Positions 38,930-49,406 of a stretch of 64,000 nt of DNA are shown piece after piece (positions within the stretch are counted from its first letter, which is position 1; each line of letters starts with the position of its first letter). The position numbers and the translations under genes are program-made. Source of the DNA: Bacilli bacterium (lineage in GTDB: Bacteria; Bacillota_I; Bacilli_A; RF39; UBA660); contig JAFRIJ010000003.1 of assembly GCA_017432825.1 (NCBI GenBank), forward strand, positions 73,187 through 137,186, given 5' to 3'. Under the pieces are notes generated by a model. That model was given only the letters and a program-made list of their open reading frames with translations, was not told the DNA's origin and did no database searches.

Positions 38930-40657
38930 TTATTTGGTATCTTTTATGTTGTTTTCTTTTTCTAATTCTTTTACGGCTATTTTACCTACTGCTGTGGTTG
39001 GTAGTTGTTTTCTAAATTCATATTCTGTTGGTAAAGCGTATTTACTTATGTTTTTTTTACATAATTCTTGTATTTCTTTTTTTATTTTTCCTGATTCATT
39101 TATACCGTCTTTTAATACTATATAGGCTTTTGCTACTTGACCTTTATAAGGATGAGGTATTCCTATTACTGTGCTTGTTAGAACGTCTTCGTGACTATTT
39201 ATGATATTTTCTATATATGATGGGTATATATTATATCCTGATGATACTATTATTCTTTTTACTCTTTGTTTAAATATTATTGTACCATCTTCTAACATAC
39301 ATCCTACGTCTCCTGTATGTAGCCATAGTTTTTTGTCATCATGATACCTTAATGTATTATTTGTTTCTTCATCATTATTTAAATATCCTATCATTATTGT
39401 TGGACTATTTATACATATTTCTCCATCTTCACCTATTTCTGCTTCTTCATGAGTATCTAATTTTACAATTTTAAAATATGTATCTGGGAAAGGAATTCCA
39501 ATACATCCTTCTTCATTATATTCATTTTCATTTGTAAGACATGTTGCTGCGGTTGCTTCTGTTAGACCATAACCTGGTCTTATGGTGGCAATAGATCCAT
39601 GTTCTTTTAAGTAATTATCTACTTTTTTCTTTAATTCTGGTGATAGTACATCTCCACCACTTATTACTGCTTCTACACATTTTAAATCGTTTTTCTTTAA
39701 TTTTTGTTTAAGTAGCGCTTCATATAGTGTTGGTACTCCTACTAAGAAATTTGGTCTTGTTTTTTTAATAATATCTCCAAATTTTTTGGCATTAAATTTT
39801 GGAAGTAGTATACATTTCATTCCACATAATAATGGTGTGTGTATTGATACTACCAAACCAAATCCATGAAATATTGGCAATACTGATAACACAGAGTTAC
39901 CAGGTATTGTTTGCTCTATCATTTCATGAGCTTGAAGTGCTAATGCATTGATATTTAGGTTTGATAGCATTATTCCTTTTGGTGTGCCTGTTGTTCCACC
40001 ACTATAAAGAATTGTTGCTAAATCACTGCCTTTTTTATGTTCATAGTATTCTCCTATAAAATTAGGAGCACTACTTATAAATTTATTCCATAATACTATG
40101 TCTTCATCATCTTTTGGTATTTTTACTTTCTTTTTGTAATTAGTTATTTTGTATAAGTAATGTTTTAATGGTGGTAAAGACGAATCAGGGCTTGATACTA
40201 TTATTTTTTGTAATTTAGTTTTTTGTTTGATATTTAGTATTTTTTCTAATGTTAAATCTAACGTTAATAGTATTTTTGAATTTGTTTGATTTATACATTC
40301 TTCTATTTCATTTTCACTAGATAATGGATGTACCATATTTGATACTGCTCCTATAATATTTATTGCATATACTGAGCATATTGCTTCTGGTGTCGTTGGC
40401 ATACATATGGTTACTATATCATCTTTCTCTACTCCATAATTTTTTAAACATTTTGCTATAATTTTTATTTGATCTATAAATTGTCTATATGTAACTTTTT
40501 TTCCAAAGTATTCATAGGCATTATACTCTGGATATTTTTTTGCAACAGATATAACTGCGTCTATTATACTTGTGTCTGGATATTCTAGGTTTGGTCTTAC
40601 TCCGTCTTTATATTTATTTAACCATCTACGTGTATCTTTTTTTCTATTTATTTTCAT
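38930..40657 (-). CDS. Long-chain fatty-acid--CoA ligase (AMP-binding), paralog 1
   Basis: YSGGTTGTPKG, GYGLTE, HTGD, LPTTAVGK. Confidence 0.9.
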   Translation of the reverse strand: MKINRKKDTRRWLNKYKDGVRPNLEYPDTSIIDAVISVAKKYPEYNAYEYFGKKVTYRQFIDQIKIIAKCLKNYGVEKDDIVTICMPTTPEAICSVYAINIIGAVSNMVHPLSSENEIEECINQTNSKILLTLDLTLEKILNIKQKTKLQKIIVSSPDSSLPPLKHYLYKITNYKKKVKIPKDDEDIVLWNKFISSAPNFIGEYYEHKKGSDLATILYSGGTTGTPKGIMLSNLNINALALQAHEMIEQTIPGNSVLSVLPIFHGFGLVVSIHTPLLCGMKCILLPKFNAKKFGDIIKKTRPNFLVGVPTLYEALLKQKLKKNDLKCVEAVISGGDVLSPELKKKVDNYLKEHGSIATIRPGYGLTEATAATCLTNENEYNEEGCIGIPFPDTYFKIVKLDTHEEAEIGEDGEICINSPTIMIGYLNNDEETNNTLRYHDDKKLWLHTGDVGCMLEDGTIIFKQRVKRIIVSSGYNIYPSYIENIINSHEDVLTSTVIGIPHPYKGQVAKAYIVLKDGINESGKIKKEIQELCKKNISKYALPTEYEFRKQLPTTAVGKIAVKELEKENNIKDTK

Positions 40658-40658
40658 T

Positions 40659-41153
40659 TTACTTCTCCTCTTGTATATGCTTTTTTAAATTATCTAGTTC
40701 TTTTTTTATGTCTTTTTCAAATACTGTGTTTTTTGATAATTCGATATACCATTTTTCTGTTTCTTCTATATATTTTTTGATAAATTCTTTATTAGTTAAT
40801 TTTACTTCTTTTATATTGTGTAATCTATCTGCTAATTTAACTGCTTTAGCCATTTTATTATTATTTATTCTACTAATATATTCTTTCATATTGTAATTTT
40901 TTTCTTTTGTTACTAATCTAACTGCATTTGTTATTTCTTTATTACTTATTTTTTCTATTTCTTCATATGTTGTATTTGTATCTTCAATTAGGTCATGAAA
41001 TAATCCTGCTATTTGATAGTTATTATTATATTTTTTATCTTTTAATATTTTACTTACTTCTAATGGGTGTAAATAATATGGTGTACCTTGTTTTCTTAAT
41101 TGGTTTTTGTGCTTTTCTTTTATAAAATCAACGTACTCTTCATATTTTAACAT
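40659..41153 (-). CDS. Small alarmone hydrolase-like HD protein (SAH/Mesh1 type)
   Basis: H..QLRKQGTPYYLHP, HDLIEDT, VKLADRLHN. Confidence 0.85.
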   Translation of the reverse strand: MLKYEEYVDFIKEKHKNQLRKQGTPYYLHPLEVSKILKDKKYNNNYQIAGLFHDLIEDTNTTYEEIEKISNKEITNAVRLVTKEKNYNMKEYISRINNNKMAKAVKLADRLHNIKEVKLTNKEFIKKYIEETEKWYIELSKNTVFEKDIKKELDNLKKHIQEEK

Positions 41154-41222
41154 TCTATCACCTATACTATTATATCAAATATTTTTATTTATTTATTGTT
41201 TTTTACTTTGAGTTTATTATTT

Positions 41223-41762
41223 TTAAAAGTATTTATCTAGATATGTTTTAATATCTTTATTTAAGTATTTATTAGTATTATTTTCTATTTCTTTTAATAA
41301 TTTATTACCTACTTTATATGCCATTTCATAGTCTTTTTTACTTATTATTTTTTTATCTAATGCTTCTTTTAATTCATTTTCGTCACAGAATTTTACTTTA
41401 TTATTAGGATAATGTATAATATCTAAATATAGATCTATATAATAAGGTATTTTATACTCTACTCCGTTTTCTAATGTTATGTCTATATAATAATCTATTA
41501 ATTCTTTTTTCTTGTTAAAATAAAATCTTATATTATAATTTTCTTCTAGTGGTGTTAATTCAAGTATGTAATAATTATTGTCTATATATTTAATTTGTTT
41601 TTTTTCATTTTTTATAATAAATGGGTTGCTTACTTTTTTATATTTTTTAATTGTTATAAATAATTTGTTTTCTTTTATTATTACTATATCGTATTCTATA
41701 GCTTCTTTCATATATGTATTAGTGGTAAATTTTTTCTTTTTATCTTTGTATATTTTTTTCAT
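41223..41762 (-). CDS. DUF402 family protein
   Basis: YYIDIT..YIDLYLDII..DENELKEAL. Confidence 0.75.
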   Translation of the reverse strand: MKKIYKDKKKKFTTNTYMKEAIEYDIVIIKENKLFITIKKYKKVSNPFIIKNEKKQIKYIDNNYYILELTPLEENYNIRFYFNKKKELIDYYIDITLENGVEYKIPYYIDLYLDIIHYPNNKVKFCDENELKEALDKKIISKKDYEMAYKVGNKLLKEIENNTNKYLNKDIKTYLDKYF

Positions 41763-41809
41763 ATTATCACCTTTGTTTGTATTATATATTATCTTTTATA
41801 AATAGTAAA

Positions 41810-41832
41810 ATACTCTAGATTATCTAGAGTAT
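41810..41832. terminator. Intrinsic terminator hairpin downstream of the ABC operon
   Basis: ATACTCTAGAT-T-ATCTAGAGTAT inverted repeat. Confidence 0.6.
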
Positions 41833-41913
41833 TATTATATACTTGGTGTATTATTTTTTTATAATCAATGTTTTAGTTTAATTCTGTTGTAGCTATATTT
41901 TCTTCCTATTTAA

Positions 41914-43533
41914 TTATACTGTTAGCTTATTAAATTCTATTGTTCCTTTTTTTATTAAATATAAATATAATATTGTGTTAATAATTATATATATAATCGT
42001 TACTATTATTAAGAATATTGATGAATTAATTTTACCTATTATTTTTGTAATTATTACTATGGATAATAATGCTAATATCATTCCTATCATTACGGATATA
42101 AATGAGCTTGTACTTTGTTTTACTACTTCAGCACTATTTTCAGCATCTAATTTTGGATATTTTAAATTAACTATTATTCCTATGAAATGAGATACTAATG
42201 GTATTAATATTGACAATACTATTAATAATAAAGATTCTAATATATTAATTTTAAATTTTATAAATAGAATTATATTTCCTATTAATAGTACTGGTGTTGT
42301 TATTATTAAGCAAGAGTATATTTTAGACATTAGTATTGTTTTTATTTTTATTGGTAATGATTTTAAGATGTTTATGTTTTTTCCTTCTAAACTTATTACG
42401 GAATTAGTTATTGATGTCATATATGCTGTTAAAGATATTAATACTAATATTAATATTGATATATTGTTATTTAATAATTCCTTTGATAATCCTAGGCCTC
42501 CTTCTTTACTTGTTAAAATTGGAATTATACTATCAAATTTATATGTAATTATTATTGCTGTTAAAATGAATAATACTAAAGCAAATCCTGAGTTAATTAT
42601 AAATACAGGTGTTTTAAAGAAGGTATTTAGCTCTTTTTTTATTAATGAATATGTTTTTGATCTTTGTTTTATTATAAGATTATTTATTTTTGTTTTTTTG
42701 GATGTTGTTATTTTTTTTAATCTGGAATTAATTTTAAAGTAGAATTTACTTAATATATATATTGATAATGTTAATATAACTATGTTTATTATTATAAATA
42801 GTAGTAATTCTTTAATATTAAAGTTTGTTATTAATTTAGCATATATTCCTGCTGGATAATATATTTTAATTATTAAATCATTTATGCCATTTGCATGTTT
42901 TATTAAATAATTCATAATGTTTTCTGAATTAAATGATATTAGTAATATTCCAACTAATAATATCATTGATAGTATTATTTGGGCTGCATTTTTATATTTA
43001 AATCTACTTGTTAAACTTGATGTAATAGCTCCTAATATACAAGATAATATTATTGGTATTATTGGTAAGAATAGTAGCATTATTATACTAGTTAAGAAGT
43101 ATGTCCATGTTATATTTTCTGCCCATCTTATATAGGCAATCATTATTGGTAGTAAGAATAATGAGTTATATAATAATTCAAAGATGTAGAATTTTAATAT
43201 TCTTATAAATAATATTGTTTTTCTTTTAATTGGTAATGATAATAATAAATCATCATCCTTACAGTTAAATATTAATGGCCCTGCTTTATATATTCCTTCC
43301 ATTATTGTTAATATGGATATGGAAAATGCAAATAGTGATAATAAGATATATTGCATATGTGTTGGTGCTAATTTTTCAAACATACTATTAGCGCTTCCCC
43401 AAATCATAAACATCAAATATAACGCTATGAATAATGGGACTAACTTACTTGATTTTTTGTTTTTTGTTTTTAATTTAAATAAATTCATGTCGCTTGTCAT
43501 ACATGCTTTTATTAATGAATATGTTTTTTTCAT
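41914..43533 (-). CDS. ABC-2 type transporter permease
   Basis: Many TM helices, LLLSLPI, ISLEGK..LKSLP; coupled to the ATPase gene. Confidence 0.85.
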   Translation of the reverse strand: MKKTYSLIKACMTSDMNLFKLKTKNKKSSKLVPLFIALYLMFMIWGSANSMFEKLAPTHMQYILLSLFAFSISILTIMEGIYKAGPLIFNCKDDDLLLSLPIKRKTILFIRILKFYIFELLYNSLFLLPIMIAYIRWAENITWTYFLTSIIMLLFLPIIPIILSCILGAITSSLTSRFKYKNAAQIILSMILLVGILLISFNSENIMNYLIKHANGINDLIIKIYYPAGIYAKLITNFNIKELLLFIIINIVILTLSIYILSKFYFKINSRLKKITTSKKTKINNLIIKQRSKTYSLIKKELNTFFKTPVFIINSGFALVLFILTAIIITYKFDSIIPILTSKEGGLGLSKELLNNNISILILVLISLTAYMTSITNSVISLEGKNINILKSLPIKIKTILMSKIYSCLIITTPVLLIGNIILFIKFKINILESLLLIVLSILIPLVSHFIGIIVNLKYPKLDAENSAEVVKQSTSSFISVMIGMILALLSIVIITKIIGKINSSIFLIIVTIIYIIINTILYLYLIKKGTIEFNKLTV

Positions 43534-44240
43534 TATTTTTCCTCTAATTCCATAAATACTTTTTCTAGAGATTTATCTCCTTTTATTTCTTTCATGCTTC
43601 CACTTTTAATTAATTTACCGTTTTTAATTATTGCTACTCTTGAACATAATTTTTCTGCTACATCTAATATATGAGTTGAATAGAATACTATTTTATTTTC
43701 TTTAACCATTTCATTTAATATTTCTTTTATATCATATACTGCTTTAGGATCTAATCCTACGAATGGTTCATCCATTATAAGTATTTTTGGATTGTGAGCC
43801 AAAGCTGATATTAATACTATTTTTTGTTTCATTCCATGTGAATAGCTATCTATTGTATCATTTAATTTATCTTCCATATTAAATATTTTTGCATATTTTT
43901 TAATGTTTTTTTCTCTTTCGTTAGTATCAATTTCATACATATCACATATAAAGTTTATATAGTCTATTGCTTTCATGTGTTCATATGTTTCGGGATTATC
44001 TGGAACATAAGCCATTAATTTTTTGCATTCTACTGGTTCATTTTTTATAGATATTCCATTAATTAGTATATCGCCTTCGTCAAAATCATGTATTCCTACT
44101 ATTGATTTTATTAATGTTGTTTTTCCTGCACCATTATGACCAATAAATGCAAATATGTCTCCATCTTCTACTGTAAATGACACATTGTCTAGGGCTTTTT
44201 TATTACCATATTTTTTTGTTACATTTTTAATTTCTATCAT
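43533..44240 (-). CDS. ABC transporter ATP-binding protein
   Basis: GHNGAGKTT, YSHGMKQK, MDEPFVGLDP. Confidence 0.95.
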   Translation of the reverse strand: MIEIKNVTKKYGNKKALDNVSFTVEDGDIFAFIGHNGAGKTTLIKSIVGIHDFDEGDILINGISIKNEPVECKKLMAYVPDNPETYEHMKAIDYINFICDMYEIDTNEREKNIKKYAKIFNMEDKLNDTIDSYSHGMKQKIVLISALAHNPKILIMDEPFVGLDPKAVYDIKEILNEMVKENKIVFYSTHILDVAEKLCSRVAIIKNGKLIKSGSMKEIKGDKSLEKVFMELEEK

Positions 44241-44253
44241 AATATCCTTCCTT

Positions 44254-44784
44254 TTAAATGTTTTTAATAATATTTAACATTTCTTCTTTATTATTTGTTA
44301 TTACATATTTTTCTTTTATATTTTCTTTAGCAAAATTTAATTTATATGTTTCTTCTATAAATTTTATTAGTTCATCATAATAATTACATGAATTGTATAT
44401 TATTATTGGTAAATTATGTTCGTCACATATTTTACTTTGTATTGCTGTAAATATTTCATATATTGTTCCAAAACCACCTGGTAATACTATTATTGCATCA
44501 CTGTTTTTAATTATTTTTAAAGTGCTATCTAGCATTTCATTTGTTATTATTTCTTTATCACAATTTAGATTTTTAAGTTTTTCTTTATAAAATGTTGGGC
44601 ATATTCCTGTTACTTTTCTATTATTCTTTTTTGCTATTTCATAAGATATTCCCATTAATCCTGTATCTCCTGCGCCAAATACTAAATCATTTTCTTTTAA
44701 TAGTTTATTTAGTAGTATTTTGCAGTCATCTATTATATTTTGTGGTATATTATTGCTTGCACTACAACATATATATAATTTCAT
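44254..44784 (-). CDS. LOG family (TIGR00730-like) protein
   Basis: FGAGDTGLMG, LPGGFGTIYE. Confidence 0.8.
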   Translation of the reverse strand: MKLYICCSASNNIPQNIIDDCKILLNKLLKENDLVFGAGDTGLMGISYEIAKKNNRKVTGICPTFYKEKLKNLNCDKEIITNEMLDSTLKIIKNSDAIIVLPGGFGTIYEIFTAIQSKICDEHNLPIIIYNSCNYYDELIKFIEETYKLNFAKENIKEKYVITNNKEEMLNIIKNI

Positions 44785-44879
44785 TTAATCACTTCCTTTT
44801 TTATTATATCATATTTTTTGTTGTTTTTAATATTAACAATCTATTGAAAAATTGGTATAATTTTTATGGAGGTAATAAT

Positions 44880-45479
44880 ATGAAAAATAAAATGGAGTTA
44901 ATAAATAAGAGTGTTGCTGCGTCCTTACTTATTGGCTTAGGTAATTATGCATTACTTAAGTTAGGGATGCCTATTGGTCCTATTATATTTGCATTAGGTC
45001 TTTTAGGTGTTTGTTATATGGGTCTTAATCTATTTACTGGTAAATGTGGTTTTTTGTTTCAAGATAAAATTAAAATTGTTGATTTATTAATTATACTTGT
45101 AGTTAATCTTATTTCTGGTTATTTAATTGGATTAGTATTTTCTTTAACTGATTCTGATATTATGACTAGTGCAATTAGTAAGGTAAAATCTTGGGATATT
45201 TCTTTATCTTTTTTCTTAAAGAGTGTTTTATGTGGTATTATTATGTATATAGCAGTATTTATGTATAAGAAGAATACTTCTCTTGGAATTATCTATGGTA
45301 TACCTTTATTTATTTTTTGCGGATTTCAGCACTGTATTGCTAATATAATAACAATGGGTGTTGCTAGGGCATTTGACTATTCAATATTTATTTGTATTAT
45401 TGGTAATTTTATTGGTTCATTATTTATGTGGTATATATCTAGGGATATTGATATTAAAAAGAAAAAGACTAGTAAATGA
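44880..45479 (+). CDS. Formate/nitrite transporter family protein (short form)
   Basis: LNLFTGK, FIFCGFQHCIAN, IGNFIG; GGAGG RBS before ATG 44880. Confidence 0.8.
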   Translation: MKNKMELINKSVAASLLIGLGNYALLKLGMPIGPIIFALGLLGVCYMGLNLFTGKCGFLFQDKIKIVDLLIILVVNLISGYLIGLVFSLTDSDIMTSAISKVKSWDISLSFFLKSVLCGIIMYIAVFMYKKNTSLGIIYGIPLFIFCGFQHCIANIITMGVARAFDYSIFICIIGNFIGSLFMWYISRDIDIKKKKTSK

Positions 45480-45505
45480 AGTGAACCCCAAATAGTTCAC
45501 AACAA
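45477..45505 (+). mobile_element. Possible isolated IS3-family (IS150-like) terminal inverted repeat remnant
   Basis: TGAAGTGAACCCCAAATAGTTCAC resembles IS150-group ends; no transposase follows. Confidence 0.4.
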
Positions 45506-45521
45506 AAAAAGACGTTTTTAA

Positions 45522-45546
45522 AAGAAGTAGATTTTTTCTACTTCTT
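45522..45546. terminator. Bidirectional terminator between FNT gene and prs
   Basis: AAGAAGTAGA-TTTTT-TCTACTTCTT. Confidence 0.65.
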
Positions 45547-46615
45547 ATTTTTTTTCATTAATTATTTTAAATACTTTTTCACTTTCATAGATTATTTTTG
45601 ATATTGATTTGCCTTTGTGGATTGAATCAATTAATTCAGCAATTCTTTTTGAACAATTTACTATTTTAATCCATTTTTTATTTTTTATTTCCTTAGGTAT
45701 ATATGTCAAATTCGTTGTATATAATTTACTAAATATTTTGTTTTTATATGCTTCTTCTATTTTTTCTATTCCTTCTGTAAATAATGCAAACGATACTATA
45801 AATATTACTTTTTTAGCACCTTTTTCTTTTAGTTTTTCTCCAACTTCTAATAGTGATGTACCTGATGCTAACATATCATCTACTACTATACATATTTTAT
45901 TAGTTACATCTGCTCCCATATATGCATGTTCTACTATGGGGTTTTTTCCATTTACTACTTTTGATAAATCTCTTCTTTTATAAAATACTCCAACATCTAG
46001 TTTTAGCATATCAGCATAGTATCTTGCTCTTTCCATAGCTCCCATATCTGGAGATATTATTAATGCATTTTTAACATTCATATCGTCTACTAAATCTTCT
46101 AATATAGAATTTGTTGGATATATATTTTCAAATGGTAAGTTTGGTATTGCATTGGATACTTCTCTTTGATGACAATCAAATGTTATTATATGATTTACTT
46201 TTAGTCTTTCTAATTCTTGTAATGCAATAGCACAATCTAGTGATTCTCTTCCTCTTCTTTTGTGTTGTCTTGATTGGTATAGTAATGGCATAATTACGGT
46301 TATTCTTCTTGCGTATCCTGATAGAGCACTTATTGCTCTTTTTATATCTTGAAAGTGCTCGTCTGGGCCTATATTTACTTCTAGTCCATGCATTTGATAT
46401 GTTTCACCATAATTTCCTATATCTGATATTATAAATACATCTTTATCTCTTATTGTCTCTTCAATTCTTATTTTTCCTTCTCCATTGGAAAATCTATCTC
46501 TTGTTACTTTCATTATGTAGCTTTTATCTGTTTTGTTGATTTTTTTTAGATATTCATCTACTTCTTTTCCTACATCTTTGATGTTATCGAACACAATTAA
46601 TTTTAATTCATTCAT
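45545..46615 (-). CDS. prs: Ribose-phosphate pyrophosphokinase
   Basis: RFSNGEGK, LYQSRQHK, SPDMGA, VVDDMLASGTS. Confidence 0.93.
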   Translation of the reverse strand: MNELKLIVFDNIKDVGKEVDEYLKKINKTDKSYIMKVTRDRFSNGEGKIRIEETIRDKDVFIISDIGNYGETYQMHGLEVNIGPDEHFQDIKRAISALSGYARRITVIMPLLYQSRQHKRRGRESLDCAIALQELERLKVNHIITFDCHQREVSNAIPNLPFENIYPTNSILEDLVDDMNVKNALIISPDMGAMERARYYADMLKLDVGVFYKRRDLSKVVNGKNPIVEHAYMGADVTNKICIVVDDMLASGTSLLEVGEKLKEKGAKKVIFIVSFALFTEGIEKIEEAYKNKIFSKLYTTNLTYIPKEIKNKKWIKIVNCSKRIAELIDSIHKGKSISKIIYESEKVFKIINEKK

Positions 46616-46663
46616 ATTTACCTCTACTTTCTTTCTTATTATAACACAAAAATACTCAATTTT

Positions 46664-47479
46664 TTATTTTGAGTATTTTTTGTATTGTTCTTTTTTTAAT
46701 TCTAATTTTTTTACTATTTCACTACTATTAGTATTTGGATAATTTTCATTTATTTTTTCTAAGCGCTTTTCAAAGTTCTTTTTGTATTTTCCTTTTGTTT
46801 CTTTCATTATTGCATCATATACTAAAGCATTTGTATATAGATTTACTATTATCCATATTGTTGCTGTTATTATATTACTTTTATTTGATTCTGTTATGGT
46901 AATATAATTATTTTTATCTTCTCTATATATAATTGCTTGCATATATGGCTTTGCATTTATTTGGTTGATAGTTAGATCATTTCTTGTTTCTGTCTTGTCA
47001 ATTATTGGTGTACCTAAAATATCATCTAATGAATTAAAATCCACGTTATTTACTATATTTTCTATTATGTTTTCTTCTATGTCGTTTGTTAGATATTTTT
47101 TTATTTTCCTTGTATATGTTCCATTATCTTGTTTAGTCCATTCTCCAATATAAGATAAACTACCTTCAAAGTTATGGTTTCTTTTGTATTTTTGTTCTAT
47201 TTTTGTTACTCCTTTACTGTCAATATTTTTTTTAACTTCTAATGTAGCAATATAACTATCTTTTTTGAATGGAGTTCCTTCGAATGCTGAAAAAGCTCCA
47301 AATGTTAATCCTGTAGTTAGGATAAATGGTAATATGTGTCTTAGTGTATATAATCCTTTGATTGTATTTCTTTTTATTTTTGTTTGATTATTTATTTTGT
47401 TAATTATATTTATTTCATCTTGTAGTTTATTTATCTCTTTTTTTAATACTTCTGAATATGTCATATAATTATTATTCAT
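46664..47479 (-). CDS. Hypothetical membrane protein
   Basis: 271-aa ORF with two hydrophobic segments. Confidence 0.65.
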   Translation of the reverse strand: MNNNYMTYSEVLKKEINKLQDEINIINKINNQTKIKRNTIKGLYTLRHILPFILTTGLTFGAFSAFEGTPFKKDSYIATLEVKKNIDSKGVTKIEQKYKRNHNFEGSLSYIGEWTKQDNGTYTRKIKKYLTNDIEENIIENIVNNVDFNSLDDILGTPIIDKTETRNDLTINQINAKPYMQAIIYREDKNNYITITESNKSNIITATIWIIVNLYTNALVYDAIMKETKGKYKKNFEKRLEKINENYPNTNSSEIVKKLELKKEQYKKYSK

Positions 47480-47683
47480 TTTAAAACCCTATCTTTCCTT
47501 TTTTCTGGCTATTATAACATAAAAAGACTAGTTTTTCTAGTCTTTATTAATATTATTTATTTTCCTTATTTGCTTTAATTGCAGCTTGTACTATAGGCAA
47601 GTTCGGGGCGATTAAGACTAAGATGACTTATAATTATTTAAATTAAATAATTATATAATTAATACTATTAAAAACATTAAATA

Positions 47684-48886
47684 CTAAATTTTTTTAACTA
47701 AAATTTCCTCAAGAAAAACAGCAACACCATCTTCATCGTTTGATAAGGTAATATAATCCACCTTACTTTTTATGTCATCAGAAGCATTATCAACTGCAAC
47801 ACTTAATCCTGCCACCTCAAACATAGAAATATCATTTTTATCATTTCCAATTGCAATTGTGTTCTCAATTGGAATATTTAAATAATCACTCAAAAACTTT
47901 AATGCATTTCCTTTAGAACATCTGACATTTGAAACACTAAACCATTTTTCATAATATGAACTATTTTCACTAATTTCATCAACAATATGTAATTCGTTAA
48001 AATGTGAAATCACTTCTTTCTCCATATATATTTTATCTTTTTTTTCATCAATAAACATACATTGTTTAATATCACATTCAGATAACACATTAACATAGTC
48101 AGCATTACTCAATAATACTTGTTTCGGATTGCGTACTTCTTTTGTAACATATTCTATATTTTCAGTTGTTAAAATTAATCTAATATCATTAACAAAAGCA
48201 TCTTCAACTAATTTAATCACTAAATTCTTACCGATAAACGAATTAAATAAAACTTGTTCTTTACGACTGTCATATATTTCTGCACCGTTTGAAGAAACAA
48301 CTATACAATTTGCGTCGGAATCTCTCATAACTTCTAAAGTTTGATATCGTGGACGTGCTGTACATATAACAACAATATTTCCAACTTTTCTATTATCACG
48401 AATTGCCTTTTTTGATCTTTCTGAAATTGTACCATCTGATTTTTTTAAAGTATCATCACTATCAATTAAAATTAATTTTCTGTTTGCCTCAAAAAGTAAT
48501 TGTTTCTTATCGGAAATGCATTTCACACCAAGATTAATTAGCATCTTCTTTAAAATTTTATATTTATCACCGTTTGGTATATATGCATATTTTGGCTTTC
48601 TTTGATAATGAATAAAATGCTTTTTTAGTTTTAGCATTTCATTTTCATAACTATTATTTTCATTATAATAATATGTAAATAATGCCTTTGTTTTTTCTAT
48701 ATAATCATCAGCAAAATTAGACAAGTCATAATTATAGCGTATTGGCATTACTTCAACACTATTCAAACTAAATAATTTTTGAACAACAAATTCTTCATCA
48801 TCTTCTATAATAGCAATTACTTGTCTATCATTTAAGTTTTGCATTTCATTAAAAACATCATAATCTTCCATAACATTAACCTGCAT
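47684..48886 (-). CDS. Cof-type HAD-IIB hydrolase with ~135-aa unknown N-terminal domain
   Basis: LIDSDDTL, CTARP, SNGAEI, SKGNAL, IGNDKNDISMF, NDEDGVA. Confidence 0.85.
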   Translation of the reverse strand: MQVNVMEDYDVFNEMQNLNDRQVIAIIEDDEEFVVQKLFSLNSVEVMPIRYNYDLSNFADDYIEKTKALFTYYYNENNSYENEMLKLKKHFIHYQRKPKYAYIPNGDKYKILKKMLINLGVKCISDKKQLLFEANRKLILIDSDDTLKKSDGTISERSKKAIRDNRKVGNIVVICTARPRYQTLEVMRDSDANCIVVSSNGAEIYDSRKEQVLFNSFIGKNLVIKLVEDAFVNDIRLILTTENIEYVTKEVRNPKQVLLSNADYVNVLSECDIKQCMFIDEKKDKIYMEKEVISHFNELHIVDEISENSSYYEKWFSVSNVRCSKGNALKFLSDYLNIPIENTIAIGNDKNDISMFEVAGLSVAVDNASDDIKSKVDYITLSNDEDGVAVFLEEILVKKI

Positions 48887-49406
48887 TAATTTTTAGGAAC
48901 TCGTCCCATATTAAAATCATATCATCAAGAGCAGAATTATTTTCTTTAGTAGTTTTCTTGTTTTCAATTAATGTATTTTTTAAATCATTTACATTTATAT
49001 ATCGGCACTCATAATTTTGCATTATCTCGTTAGAATCTAGATTTTTCTTCGAATCATCATAAATATCGTCACAGTAAACAACATAATAATATATTTCAAC
49101 TAGCCTATTTTTTCCACTGTCATGATAATTTTTGCAGTAGTACTTTATAGCATAAAACAGGTTAGCTTTTTCCTCATTAAGAGATATTCCAGTCTCTTCC
49201 AATATTTCTCTTTTCAAACCTTCTTCTAGTGTCTCATTTTCTTCTAAATGTCCACCAGGAAATTCATAATGTTGTAATCCATTAGAATAACACATTAATA
49301 CTTCGTTTTTTGAATTAATAATAATTGCTCGTGCACGAGTTGTTTTTTCATCTATTTCTTCAGTAGAAATATTATCATAATTATAAATTTTTTCAATAGT
49401 TTTCAT
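48876..49406 (-). CDS. Nudix hydrolase
   Basis: Nudix box PGGHLEENETLEEGLKREILEETG. Confidence 0.92.
   Translation of the reverse strand: MKTIEKIYNYDNISTEEIDEKTTRARAIIINSKNEVLMCYSNGLQHYEFPGGHLEENETLEEGLKREILEETGISLNEEKANLFYAIKYYCKNYHDSGKNRLVEIYYYVVYCDDIYDDSKKNLDSNEIMQNYECRYINVNDLKNTLIENKKTTKENNSALDDMILIWDEFLKINAG

Noticed and set aside
41833-41913. Possible gene remnant between the ABC permease and its terminator
   Set aside because: Short, interrupted by a stop, and no recognisable motif
36879-44784. miaA plus LOG as a cytokinin pathway
   Set aside because: The genes are 6.5 kb apart, both are widespread housekeeping families, and the LOG lacks typical catalytic residues
44592-44879. N-terminal extension of the FNT ORF; likewise upstream extensions of ung, mutS, sigG, HerA, ruvX and the 50037 ORF
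   Set aside because: These overlap neighbouring genes or promoters; downstream ATGs have clear RBSs and match family N-termini
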